DNA from: Nannocystis pusilla | Lineage (GTDB): Bacteria > Myxococcota_A > Polyangia > Nannocystales > Nannocystaceae | Direction: 5' to 3' | Length of the DNA stretch: 29,989 nucleotides | Assembly (NCBI RefSeq): GCF_020073745.1 | Contig: NZ_JAIRAU010000047.1 | Location: 1 to 29,989, forward strand | In this document: one piece after another, positions 1 to 6,968 of the stretch | Layout of the letters: each line of letters opens with the position of its first letter | Numbering within the stretch: the stretch's first letter is position 1 | The notes under the pieces: model-generated | The model's database searches: none | Seen by the model: the letters and a program-made list of their open reading frames with translations, nothing else | What the model was told of the DNA's origin: nothing | Program-made: the position numbers and the translations under genes

Positions 1-909
1 GTCTGGCTGTACGATCGCGGCACGATCCTCTACCGCGGCCACGCCCGCCGCGGCGACCTCGGGACCCTGCGCTCGGCCTATCTCGAGACCACGATCTACC
101 GCAACGGCCTGTCCGGCCAGGGCCCCGGCACCGCCATCGGCGTGCCCGGCAAGACCGGCGACGCCAAGTACTATTATACGCAGAACATGGCGCTCCATTA
201 CCTCATGACCGGCGACGACCGCTTCCGCGAGAGCGCCGAGGACGTCGCCGAGGCCTACGACGCGCTGTGGAACCCCGGCTACGACGGCGGCGACGGCTTC
301 TGGACCGAGCGCCACGCCGGCTTCGGCCTGCTCGCCTACGTCTGGGCGATGAACGTCTCCGACGATCAGGCCGACCAGTTCCGCGGCCTCGCCGAGGCGG
401 CCGTCGCCGCCTACATCGACGTGCAGGACAGCTATCCGCCCGGCTACGACGATCCCGACGCCCGCTGCTTCGCCCACACCGACGCCGCCGCCGACGAGGA
501 CTTCGGGTTCTGGGGCTGCTCGCCGTGGCTCAGCGCCATCCTGGCCGACGGCCTCGATCAGTTCGCCACCGACTCCGACGGCCCCGTCGCCGACGCCGCC
601 CGCGCCTCGCTCGTCAAGCTCGGCCGCGTCGTCGCCCGCGACGGCCTCGACGCCGACGGCAAGCCGTTCTACTGGATGGGCGTCGGCGACGGCAACGGCG
701 CCGTCGACGACTACGACGAGCACTGGGGCGAGAGCGCCTACGTCGTCGCCCTCGCCTACTACCACGACGGCTCGAGCGACCCCGAGCTCAAGCAGACCGC
801 CGAGGACCTGGCCCAGGGCCTGGCCGACTTCGGCGAGGTCCCGCACATGCGCAGCTTCAACTGGCAGTGCCGCTCCGCCGTCGCCACCTCGTGGTTCCTG
901 TCGCAATGA
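1..909 (+). CDS. Hypothetical protein, 5'-partial; the frame is open from base 1 and stops with TGA at 907-909. Possibly a secreted glycan-acting enzyme.
   Basis: Frame 1 is open from the window edge. GC3 is strongly biased and the composition is not low-complexity (YYYTQNMALHY, FWTERHAGFG, YYHDG). I do not recognise the family. Confidence 0.6.
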   Translation, partial: VWLYDRGTILYRGHARRGDLGTLRSAYLETTIYRNGLSGQGPGTAIGVPGKTGDAKYYYTQNMALHYLMTGDDRFRESAEDVAEAYDALWNPGYDGGDGFWTERHAGFGLLAYVWAMNVSDDQADQFRGLAEAAVAAYIDVQDSYPPGYDDPDARCFAHTDAAADEDFGFWGCSPWLSAILADGLDQFATDSDGPVADAARASLVKLGRVVARDGLDADGKPFYWMGVGDGNGAVDDYDEHWGESAYVVALAYYHDGSSDPELKQTAEDLAQGLADFGEVPHMRSFNWQCRSAVATSWFLSQ

Positions 910-910
910 C

Positions 911-985
911 CGGACATGTCCGAAACGACAGTGCCCGATCGGGCATGATCTTATGGACCTGTCCGACCGGGCATTGTCCGATCAG
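911..985. repeat. CATG-palindrome repeat cluster: CGGACATGTCCG (911-922), GCCCGATCGGGCATG (933-947), GGACCTGTCCG (955-965), GGGCATTGTCCG (969-980).
   Basis: A perfect 12-bp palindrome plus degenerate copies lie between convergent gene ends (909 and 982). The same word family recurs throughout the window. Confidence 0.7.
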
Positions 986-1334
986 CCGAGGTACACCCCG
1001 CCGTTCGGGGCCGCCCGCGCCAGGCGGACCGCCTCGAGGATGTTGAGCAGGCGGAAGCGCAGCTCGTCGAGGCTGATCGCCGGCCAGCGCCCGGTGTTGG
1101 CCAGCAGCAGCCGGACCTCGCGCTCGAGCACGTCGAGCTGCGGGCCCTCGGCGAAGATGTCCTGCGCCGTCAGCGTCGGCAGCAGCGTCAACCCGAGCGC
1201 GCGTGCCACCTCCGAGCCGTAGACCGTCACGCGCCAGCGCTCGGGCCCGGCGAGGTCGTTGCGCGGTGGTTCGGCGGGCAGCTCCTGCGTCCCGCCGTCG
1301 GGCGCGCGCACGTAGGCGTGGGTGACGAGGGACA
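982..1334 (-). CDS. Hypothetical protein, about 117 aa.
   Basis: The ATG at 1334 is preceded by GGAGG. Downstream of this Met the ORF has normal composition (LDELRFRLLNILEAV); upstream it reads as Arg-rich junk. The start lies 80 bp from the divergent gene at 1415. Confidence 0.5.
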
Positions 1335-1414
1335 TCGAGCCTCCGGCGCGTAGTCTCGCGCATCTCGTGGCCGCGCGCATCCCCGCGCGGCGCGCCCGCG
1401 GTACCATCGCCGGC

Positions 1415-1795
1415 ATGGACGTCCTCGATCTCGTCGGCCCTGCCTGGCAGCTCATCCCCCTGCGGATCCCCGGCGGCTGGGGCGTGCGCCACAACGGCCT
1501 CGACGCCCGCCGCCTCGCCGACGGCCGCCTCGACGCCAACGACAGCGAGGACCTGCTGTGGCTCGTCAAGCTGCCGCCGGTCGGCGGCGAGTACCGCCCG
1601 GGCCCGGACAGCCCCTGGCGCGAGGTCCACCTCGACGCCGGCTTCTACCGCACCGGCTACCGCGTCGTGCTCCTCGATCCGGACTGGGACCACATCCTCG
1701 CGTCGTTCAGCACCGAGAGCCTCGCCGAGCTGATCGCCTGCGTCGAGAAGTGGCTGATGAACGCGCCGACCGGCGACCTCTCGCCGCCCGCATGA
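1415..1795 (+). CDS. Hypothetical protein, about 126 aa; possibly an immunity-protein-like fold.
   Basis: The ATG at 1415 falls inside the longer ORF 1322..1795. Codon bias is good from the Met onward (MDVLDLVGPAWQLIPLRIPGGWGV..SEDLLWLV). The function is not recognised. Confidence 0.5.
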   Translation: MDVLDLVGPAWQLIPLRIPGGWGVRHNGLDARRLADGRLDANDSEDLLWLVKLPPVGGEYRPGPDSPWREVHLDAGFYRTGYRVVLLDPDWDHILASFSTESLAELIACVEKWLMNAPTGDLSPPA

Positions 1796-1923
1796 ACTCG
1801 AGATCGTGTGCTCACCGATGCACGGACCGCGCTCGCGGAGGTCGTCGCCGCCGCTGCGCTCCACCGGGCGGCGCCACCACGCGCCGTGATCAGGTACCCT
1901 CGGCGCCTTCGGAGGAGGCTGCG

Positions 1924-3342
1924 ATGGTGAGGCGAGGGATCGGCGGATTGTGCATGAGCGTGGGCGTGTTGCTCGGCGGCTGCGGTGACGACGGCGGGCG
2001 CACCAGCGAGAGCGGGACCGCGACGATGGCGACGACCACGACGATGACCGGCCCGACGAGCACCGGCGGCGTCACCGACGAGCCGACCACCACCGCGCCG
2101 ACCGGCACCGGCACCGAGTCGATGACCGGCACCACCGACGTCCCCGGCACCACCACCGACGCTGTCACCGACGCCACCGCGACCACCGCCGTGGGCCCCA
2201 ATCAACCGCCGGAGTGGGACTCCGAGCCGGCCACCGAGATCGTGATCGAGGAGCTGTTCCAGTCGAACTTCGAACCCGGGCAGATCTTCATCTCGTCGTC
2301 GCGCACCGACGAGGTCCGGGTGTACGACGGCAACAGCCTCGCGTTCGTGCAGGCCTTCACCCACCCGGCGTTCAGCACGGTCGCCTCGGATCTCTACACC
2401 TACGGCCCGAACGGCGCGGCCTTCAACTCGCGCGGCAACCTCGTCGTCGCCGGCTACGACACCTTCGTCGAGTTCAGCGACTACGGCGTCGAGTACGCGA
2501 CCTACCCGAAGATCGCCGCCGAGGCGACCGAGAACGTCATCTTCGACCCGCGCGGCAACCTCTACACCACCACGGCCACCGGCGGCACCGACAAGCTCAA
2601 CCAGTACGACGCCGAGGATTACGCGTTCATGCAGCAGATCCCGCTGCCGGCCGGCGCGGGTCAGCTGACGGGCATCACGTTCGACGGCAAGGGCCGCCTC
2701 TACCTCGCCAGCCAGACCGACAACACCATCCACGTCGCCGACTTTGAGAACTTCGAGCAGTTCCCGTGGACGGGGACCCTCAGCGGCGCCGGCAACCCCG
2801 GCAACTTCGAGGGCCTGCAGTTCAACGCCAACGGCGAGCTGGTCGCGGCCGCCGGCGACCTCGTGCGTTACGACGTGCTCGGCGGCACCAAGCTCGGCAC
2901 GTTCGACCAGCCCGACGACGCCTTCCCGGTGCCGCTGCGCGTCGACAACGAGGGCAACATCTACACGTCGGACTACGAGAACGGCCAGGGCACGCTCGCG
3001 GCCGACATCTTCAAGTTCGCGCCCGACGGCCAGCCGCTGACCGCCAGCAACGACCCGGGCCTGTTCGGCCCGTTCGGCCTCGCCATCTCCGGGACGGTGC
3101 TGGCGGGCGACCCGCCCGTGGCGTGGTTCTACCAGCTCGTCGCCACCGACCCAGACGGCGACCCGCTGACCTACACCCTGGTCTCCGGCCCGCCCGACAT
3201 GGTCCTCGATCCGAACAACAACGTGCTCTCGTGGTCCGTGACGAGCGAGGACATCGGCGAGCACCCGGTCGTCCTCAGCGTCGACGACGGCCAGGGCGGC
3301 GTGACCGAGCAGATGTTCGTGCTCATCGTGAAGTCGGCCTGA
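1924..3342 (+). CDS. Lipoprotein with a Thr/Gly-rich linker, a beta-propeller-like (NHL/SMP-30-like) region and a C-terminal cadherin-like/Ig-like domain.
   Basis: GGAGGAGG at 1911-1918 lies 5 nt upstream of the ATG at 1924. The signal peptide MVRRGIGGLCMSVGVLLGGC has an LGGC lipobox. Repeated YDxxGNLY-type blades are present. The C-terminus ATDPDGDPLTYTLVSGPP..VVLSVDDGQGG is typical of cadherin-like domains. Confidence 0.75.
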   Translation: MVRRGIGGLCMSVGVLLGGCGDDGGRTSESGTATMATTTTMTGPTSTGGVTDEPTTTAPTGTGTESMTGTTDVPGTTTDAVTDATATTAVGPNQPPEWDSEPATEIVIEELFQSNFEPGQIFISSSRTDEVRVYDGNSLAFVQAFTHPAFSTVASDLYTYGPNGAAFNSRGNLVVAGYDTFVEFSDYGVEYATYPKIAAEATENVIFDPRGNLYTTTATGGTDKLNQYDAEDYAFMQQIPLPAGAGQLTGITFDGKGRLYLASQTDNTIHVADFENFEQFPWTGTLSGAGNPGNFEGLQFNANGELVAAAGDLVRYDVLGGTKLGTFDQPDDAFPVPLRVDNEGNIYTSDYENGQGTLAADIFKFAPDGQPLTASNDPGLFGPFGLAISGTVLAGDPPVAWFYQLVATDPDGDPLTYTLVSGPPDMVLDPNNNVLSWSVTSEDIGEHPVVLSVDDGQGGVTEQMFVLIVKSA

Positions 3343-3402
3343 GCGTGTCCGGCTTGAGCGCGTCCGGCTTGAGCGTGTCCGGCTTGAGCGTGTTCGGGGG
3401 CG
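3343..3402. repeat. 15-bp tandem repeat, 4 copies (GAGCGYGTCCGGCTT; the last copy is degenerate).
   Basis: It is directly visible immediately after the stop codon at 3342. Confidence 0.85.
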
Positions 3403-3479
3403 CGGGGCCCGGAAGAACCGGGTGACGGCGGGCACGGGGCGGCGGATTTGGGCCCCTCGCTCGGCGGGCCCCTACCGGT

Positions 3480-3530
3480 TCACGTGCTCGGCGCTGTCTC
3501 TTCGGACAGGATGGTCTTTCGGACATACCC
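3480..3530. repeat. Hairpin-type members of the repeat family: CTGTCTCTTCGGACAG (3496-3511) and GGTCTTTCGGACATACC (3514-3530).
   Basis: CTGTC/GACAG arms flank a TCTTCG loop, which is UUCG-type. The same unit recurs at 5187-5202, 21372-21397 and 29073-29158. Confidence 0.6.
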
Positions 3531-3674
3531 GCCGCGCGTGCCCGGGACTTTGCGCCTGCGCGCGCTGAACCGCGTCTCCGTCCCACCGGCGTCCCAAATC
3601 CGCCGCCCCGCGCCCGCCTGCGACGACCGTCTCGGGCCCCGCTCGTCGCCAGGTGGTCCAGACGGCGAGAACAT

Positions 3675-3745
3675 TCGGTCATGCCCTCAAGGACATGTCC
3701 TCATCAACATGCTTTTTTCGGCATGTTCGTTCGAGCATGTCCTGC
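3675..3745. repeat. Cluster of five RRRCATGYYY-type decamers: GGTCATGCCC 3677-3686, GGACATGTCC 3691-3700, CAACATGCTT 3705-3714, CGGCATGTTCG 3719-3729, GAGCATGTCC 3733-3742.
   Basis: It is directly visible. ACATGC-TTTTTTCG-GCATGT (3707-3726) is an additional inverted repeat with a T-run. Confidence 0.7.
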
Positions 3746-3761
3746 TCGCGGCGACGGACGG

Positions 3762-4142
3762 TCAGCGCTCTTTCTGCGGCAGCCCGTCGGCGATGTCGTA
3801 GTAATCGCCCTTGCCGGCCACGTGGATGTGCATCCCCAGCCGGATCCCGGTCTGCCCGTCGAGCGCGCCCATGGCGACGGCGATCGAGTCGCGCTCGATC
3901 GGGTCCCAGAACAGGAAGGACCCGCACGTCGAACAGAAGCCGCGCCGCACCTTCGCCGACGAGCGGAACCACGTGAGGTGCTCGGCGCCGCGGACGGTCA
4001 GGGCGGCCCGGGGGATGTCCGTGGACGCCCAGTAATGCCCCGACTGCTTGCGGCACATCGAGCAGTGGCAGGCGTCGGGCGGGTGCAGCTCGCCGGTGAT
4101 CTCGAAGCTCACGGCTCCGCAGAGGCAGGATCCCTTGTGCAT
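3762..4142 (-). CDS. GFA-family (glutathione-dependent formaldehyde-activating enzyme / CENP-V-like) zinc-binding protein, 126 aa.
   Basis: MHKGSCLCGAVSF..CHCSMCRK..CSTCGSFLFW shows the characteristic Cys spacing of the GFA domain. The ATG at 4142 has GGAG 8 nt upstream. Confidence 0.85.
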   Translation of the reverse strand: MHKGSCLCGAVSFEITGELHPPDACHCSMCRKQSGHYWASTDIPRAALTVRGAEHLTWFRSSAKVRRGFCSTCGSFLFWDPIERDSIAVAMGALDGQTGIRLGMHIHVAGKGDYYDIADGLPQKER

Positions 4143-4355
4143 CGTTCGCTCCGGGTGGTTGCAGCGACGTGTAGCACGCGCCGCGCGCTCGCGGACATTC
4201 CGGCGAGGACCTGGCCACGTGCTGCGCGCCTGCGCCCTGACAGGCCGACCCCGATATCGTCCCCGAGGACAGGTTCGTCGTCCGTCGCTCGGCGTCGACG
4301 AAGAGTCCGCCTGACTTGCTGGCTGCGGCGGCCTCGTGCTCTCCTCGCCGCCGCC

Positions 4356-5168
4356 GTGCCGAGTTTCGCCGCCGCCGAGCCCACCGCCTTCGCCCACAAG
4401 TACGGTCCCTGGGCCGTCGTCGCCGGCGCCTCCGAGGGCCTCGGGGCCGCGTTCGCCCGGGCCCTCGCCGATCGCGGCCTCAACCTCCTGTTGCTCGCGC
4501 GGCGGGCCGACGTGCTCGAGTCGGTCGCCGCCCCGCTGCGCGCCCGGGTCGACGTGCGCACCGCAGCCCTCGACCTCGGCGACCCCGACCTGGCCGCGCG
4601 CCTCGACGCGCTGACCCGCGACCTCGACGTCGGCCTCTGCGTCTACAACGCCGCTCTGTCGCGGATCGGCCCCTTCCTCGACGTCCCGCTCGCCGACAAG
4701 CTGAAGATCGTCGACGTCAATTGCCGCGGCCCCTTGCTCGCCGCGCACGTGTTCGGCGAGCGGCTGGTCCGCCGCGGCCGCGGCGGCCTCCTGCTCATGT
4801 CCTCGCTCACCGCCTTCTGGGGTTCGCCGCTGGTCGCCACCTACGGCGCCACCAAGGCGTTCAACCTCTCGCTCGGAGAGGCCCTCTGGTACGAGCTCGG
4901 CCCGCGCGGCGTCGACGTGCTCGTGTGCTGCGCCGGCGCCACCCGCACCCCCGGCTTCGAGCGCTCGAGCGGCCCCGACGGCCCGCGCGCCATGACCCCC
5001 GACGCCGTCGTCGCCGAGGCCCTGCACGCCCTCGGCGGCCCGCCGAGCGCCGTGCCCGGCCGCCTCAACCGGTTCGCCGCGTTCCTGCTCAACCGCCTGT
5101 TCCCGCGCAGCGGCGCCGTCGCCCTCATGGGCTCGCAGACCGCCCGCCTGAGCAAGCCCTCGACCTGA
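4356..5168 (+). CDS. Short-chain dehydrogenase/reductase (SDR) family oxidoreductase.
   Basis: It has the Rossmann motif VVAGASEGLGAAFARALADRG and the catalytic YGATKAF (YxxxK). The GTG start at 4356 is inferred, since there is no in-frame ATG. The overlapping frame 4316..5254 is an Arg-rich shadow. Confidence 0.75.
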   Translation: MPSFAAAEPTAFAHKYGPWAVVAGASEGLGAAFARALADRGLNLLLLARRADVLESVAAPLRARVDVRTAALDLGDPDLAARLDALTRDLDVGLCVYNAALSRIGPFLDVPLADKLKIVDVNCRGPLLAAHVFGERLVRRGRGGLLLMSSLTAFWGSPLVATYGATKAFNLSLGEALWYELGPRGVDVLVCCAGATRTPGFERSSGPDGPRAMTPDAVVAEALHALGGPPSAVPGRLNRFAAFLLNRLFPRSGAVALMGSQTARLSKPST

Positions 5169-5183
5169 GCGTCCGCGATTCCT

Positions 5184-5210
5184 CGTACATGGCCGAAGAG
5201 ACAGCTCTCA
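5184..5210. repeat. Repeat family copy CGTACATGGCCGAAGAGACAGCTCTCA.
   Basis: It nearly matches 28912-28937 (GGACATGTCCTGCGAGACAGCTCTTA) and the reverse complement of 3496-3507. It sits in the convergent junction between the SDR and the sterol reductase. Confidence 0.6.
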
Positions 5211-5234
5211 TCCCGGCCGGCGACGCCCCCGGAT

Positions 5235-6386
5235 TCAATACACCCCGGGGATGATCCGCCAGCGCACCCGCCGCTCGTACTGCTGCCACAGCGCCCCGTA
5301 CTTGGCGCGGCAGCGGCGGTCGTCGTCGATCTGCCGCGGCACCAGCAGCACCACGTAGTACAGCGGATACAGCCACGGCCCCGGCTCGCCCGGGTAGCCG
5401 AGCGACAGCGCCAGCGCGGTCGCCATCGTCATCTCGCCCAGATAGTTGATGTGCCGCGACAGCCCCCAGAAGCCGCTCACCAGGATCTTCTTCTCGCCGT
5501 CGGTCAGCACCTCGGGCGCGATCGACCCGAACGCCAATTTCTCCGGCTGCGTCTTGAACCAGAACTTCTGCATGTTGGCCCCGCGCGCCAGCATCCACCC
5601 GGCGAAGAACAGCGCCGCGCACAGCCCCAGCAGCGGCGCCGGCGTGTGCGGATTGGCCAGCTCCGCCGTCGTCCACAGGCCAACCGCGTAGAAGAACGGG
5701 TAGAACGTCAGGCAGCCCCAGCCGAGCTTGAAGCCGACGCGCTCGGCCACGAAGTCGTAGGTGTAGAGGTGCACCTCCTCGAAGTTGAGGTACTCCCACA
5801 GGAAGAACGAGAACAGCGCCACGTGCAGCAGCACGCCCGGCGACGGGTCGCCAGGGTACGCGAGCAGGTGATGGGCCGCGAACGACAGCAGGTTCAGCTG
5901 CAGCATCACCGCCCCGATCAGGTACAGAAACATCTTGGCGTCGACGTGGCCGTCGAGCCACTGCGGATTGGCCAGGCGTCCGAGGTACAGGTCCGCCAGA
6001 AAGCCGCGCCGCGGCGCCGCCGGCAGCACGATCGCCAGCGTGAACAGCAGCCCCAGCCCGCACGCCGTCGCCAGCGTCGCCTCGCGGTGCACGTACAGCC
6101 AGTCCCACGGCGCCAGCCCGGTCGCCCCGGCGACGAAGTACAGCGCCACCGTCAGCGCCATCACTCGCAGCCCGTTGAGCCGGTAGCGCAGCGGCGCTCC
6201 GCTGGCCTCGTCGCGCACGTAGCCGGTCACGCGGCGGCCCGGCACGATCAGGTGGAGCACGAACACCAGCCCGTAGAGGGCGATCAGCGCGAATGCGGGC
6301 GACACGGCCCAGGCTACGAGACCGCGGCCGCGCCTGTAAAGCCTCGGCGCGTGCGCTCCGGCTCGACCCGTGCCAAGCTCGGGCAT
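5235..6386 (-). CDS. Sterol reductase of the DHCR7/ERG4/ERG24 family (7-dehydrocholesterol reductase-like).
   Basis: The C-terminal signature LVSGFWGLSRHINYLGEM..YYVVLLVPRQIDDDRRCRAKYGALWQQY aligns by eye to the human DHCR7 C-terminus (LLVSGFWGVARHFNYVGDL..RDEHRCASKYGRDWERY). It has multiple TM helices. The ATG at 6386 (MPELGTGRAG) is preceded by GAGGA; an alternative GTG lies at 6305. Confidence 0.8.
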   Translation of the reverse strand: MPELGTGRAGAHAPRLYRRGRGLVAWAVSPAFALIALYGLVFVLHLIVPGRRVTGYVRDEASGAPLRYRLNGLRVMALTVALYFVAGATGLAPWDWLYVHREATLATACGLGLLFTLAIVLPAAPRRGFLADLYLGRLANPQWLDGHVDAKMFLYLIGAVMLQLNLLSFAAHHLLAYPGDPSPGVLLHVALFSFFLWEYLNFEEVHLYTYDFVAERVGFKLGWGCLTFYPFFYAVGLWTTAELANPHTPAPLLGLCAALFFAGWMLARGANMQKFWFKTQPEKLAFGSIAPEVLTDGEKKILVSGFWGLSRHINYLGEMTMATALALSLGYPGEPGPWLYPLYYVVLLVPRQIDDDRRCRAKYGALWQQYERRVRWRIIPGVY

Positions 6387-6891
6387 GCCCCGTCCTCGCG
6401 CCGCCCTCGTGCTGTCCGCCTGCCTGTTCGTTTGCGCATGCTCCAAGGGCCAGGTAGAGCCGACCGACCCCGGCGGCGGCGGCAAGGTGTGCACCGAGAT
6501 CGGCTGCATCGGCGGCCTGCGCGTCGAGCTCCAGTCGGCCAGCGGCTGGGCGCCGGGCGAGTACACGTTCAGCTTCGCGCTCGACGGCGCGCCCGTCACC
6601 TGCACCGGCTCGCTGCCGCTGCGCGCCTGCGACGCGGGCCCCTCGCTCGCCTGCGACGTCCCGGACCGCGTGCAGATCGGCGAATCCGGCTGCGCCTTGC
6701 CGCCCGAGCAACATGGCTTCGCGGACATCCTGGTGCCGAGCAGTCCCGCCAGGCTCGATCTGGCGATCCGCCGCGACGGCCAGCAGCTGTGGGCCGGCGA
6801 GCTCGCCCCGACCTACGTCGAATCGCAGCCCAACGGGCCCGGGTGCGAGCCGATCTGCCGCGGCGCGACCGCCCAGGTGGCGCTCCCGTGA
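6385..6891 (+). CDS. Small Cys-rich secreted lipoprotein, 168 aa.
   Basis: MPRPRAALVLSACLFVCAC is a signal peptide with a lipobox. GC3 is excellent through to the stop at 6889-6891. The ATG at 6385-6387 overlaps the CAT (6384-6386) that gives the ATG of the divergent sterol reductase, inside GGGCATGCCC. Confidence 0.7.
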   Translation: MPRPRAALVLSACLFVCACSKGQVEPTDPGGGGKVCTEIGCIGGLRVELQSASGWAPGEYTFSFALDGAPVTCTGSLPLRACDAGPSLACDVPDRVQIGESGCALPPEQHGFADILVPSSPARLDLAIRRDGQQLWAGELAPTYVESQPNGPGCEPICRGATAQVALP

Positions 6892-6908
6892 CCTGTCCCC
6901 CGGGACAG
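6892..6908. terminator. Inverted repeat CTGTCCCCCGGGACAG between convergent genes; a possible bidirectional terminator-like hairpin with no U-run.
   Basis: A perfect 6-7 bp stem follows the stop at 6891, 60 bp before the convergent stop at 6969. It carries the TGTCC/GGACA half-sites of the repeat family. Confidence 0.35.
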
Positions 6909-6968
6909 CTTACGGCCACCGGCGGATGACCCCGCCTGTGACCGGCGAGGCCGCGGAGCGCTCGTCGA

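Noticed and set aside
3343-3402. Short direct repeats here, at 9105-9160 and at 13190-13232, considered as a possible CRISPR array.
   Set aside because: The units are 6-15 bp and strictly tandem with no unique spacers, and two of them are inside coding sequence. They are mini/microsatellites, not CRISPR.
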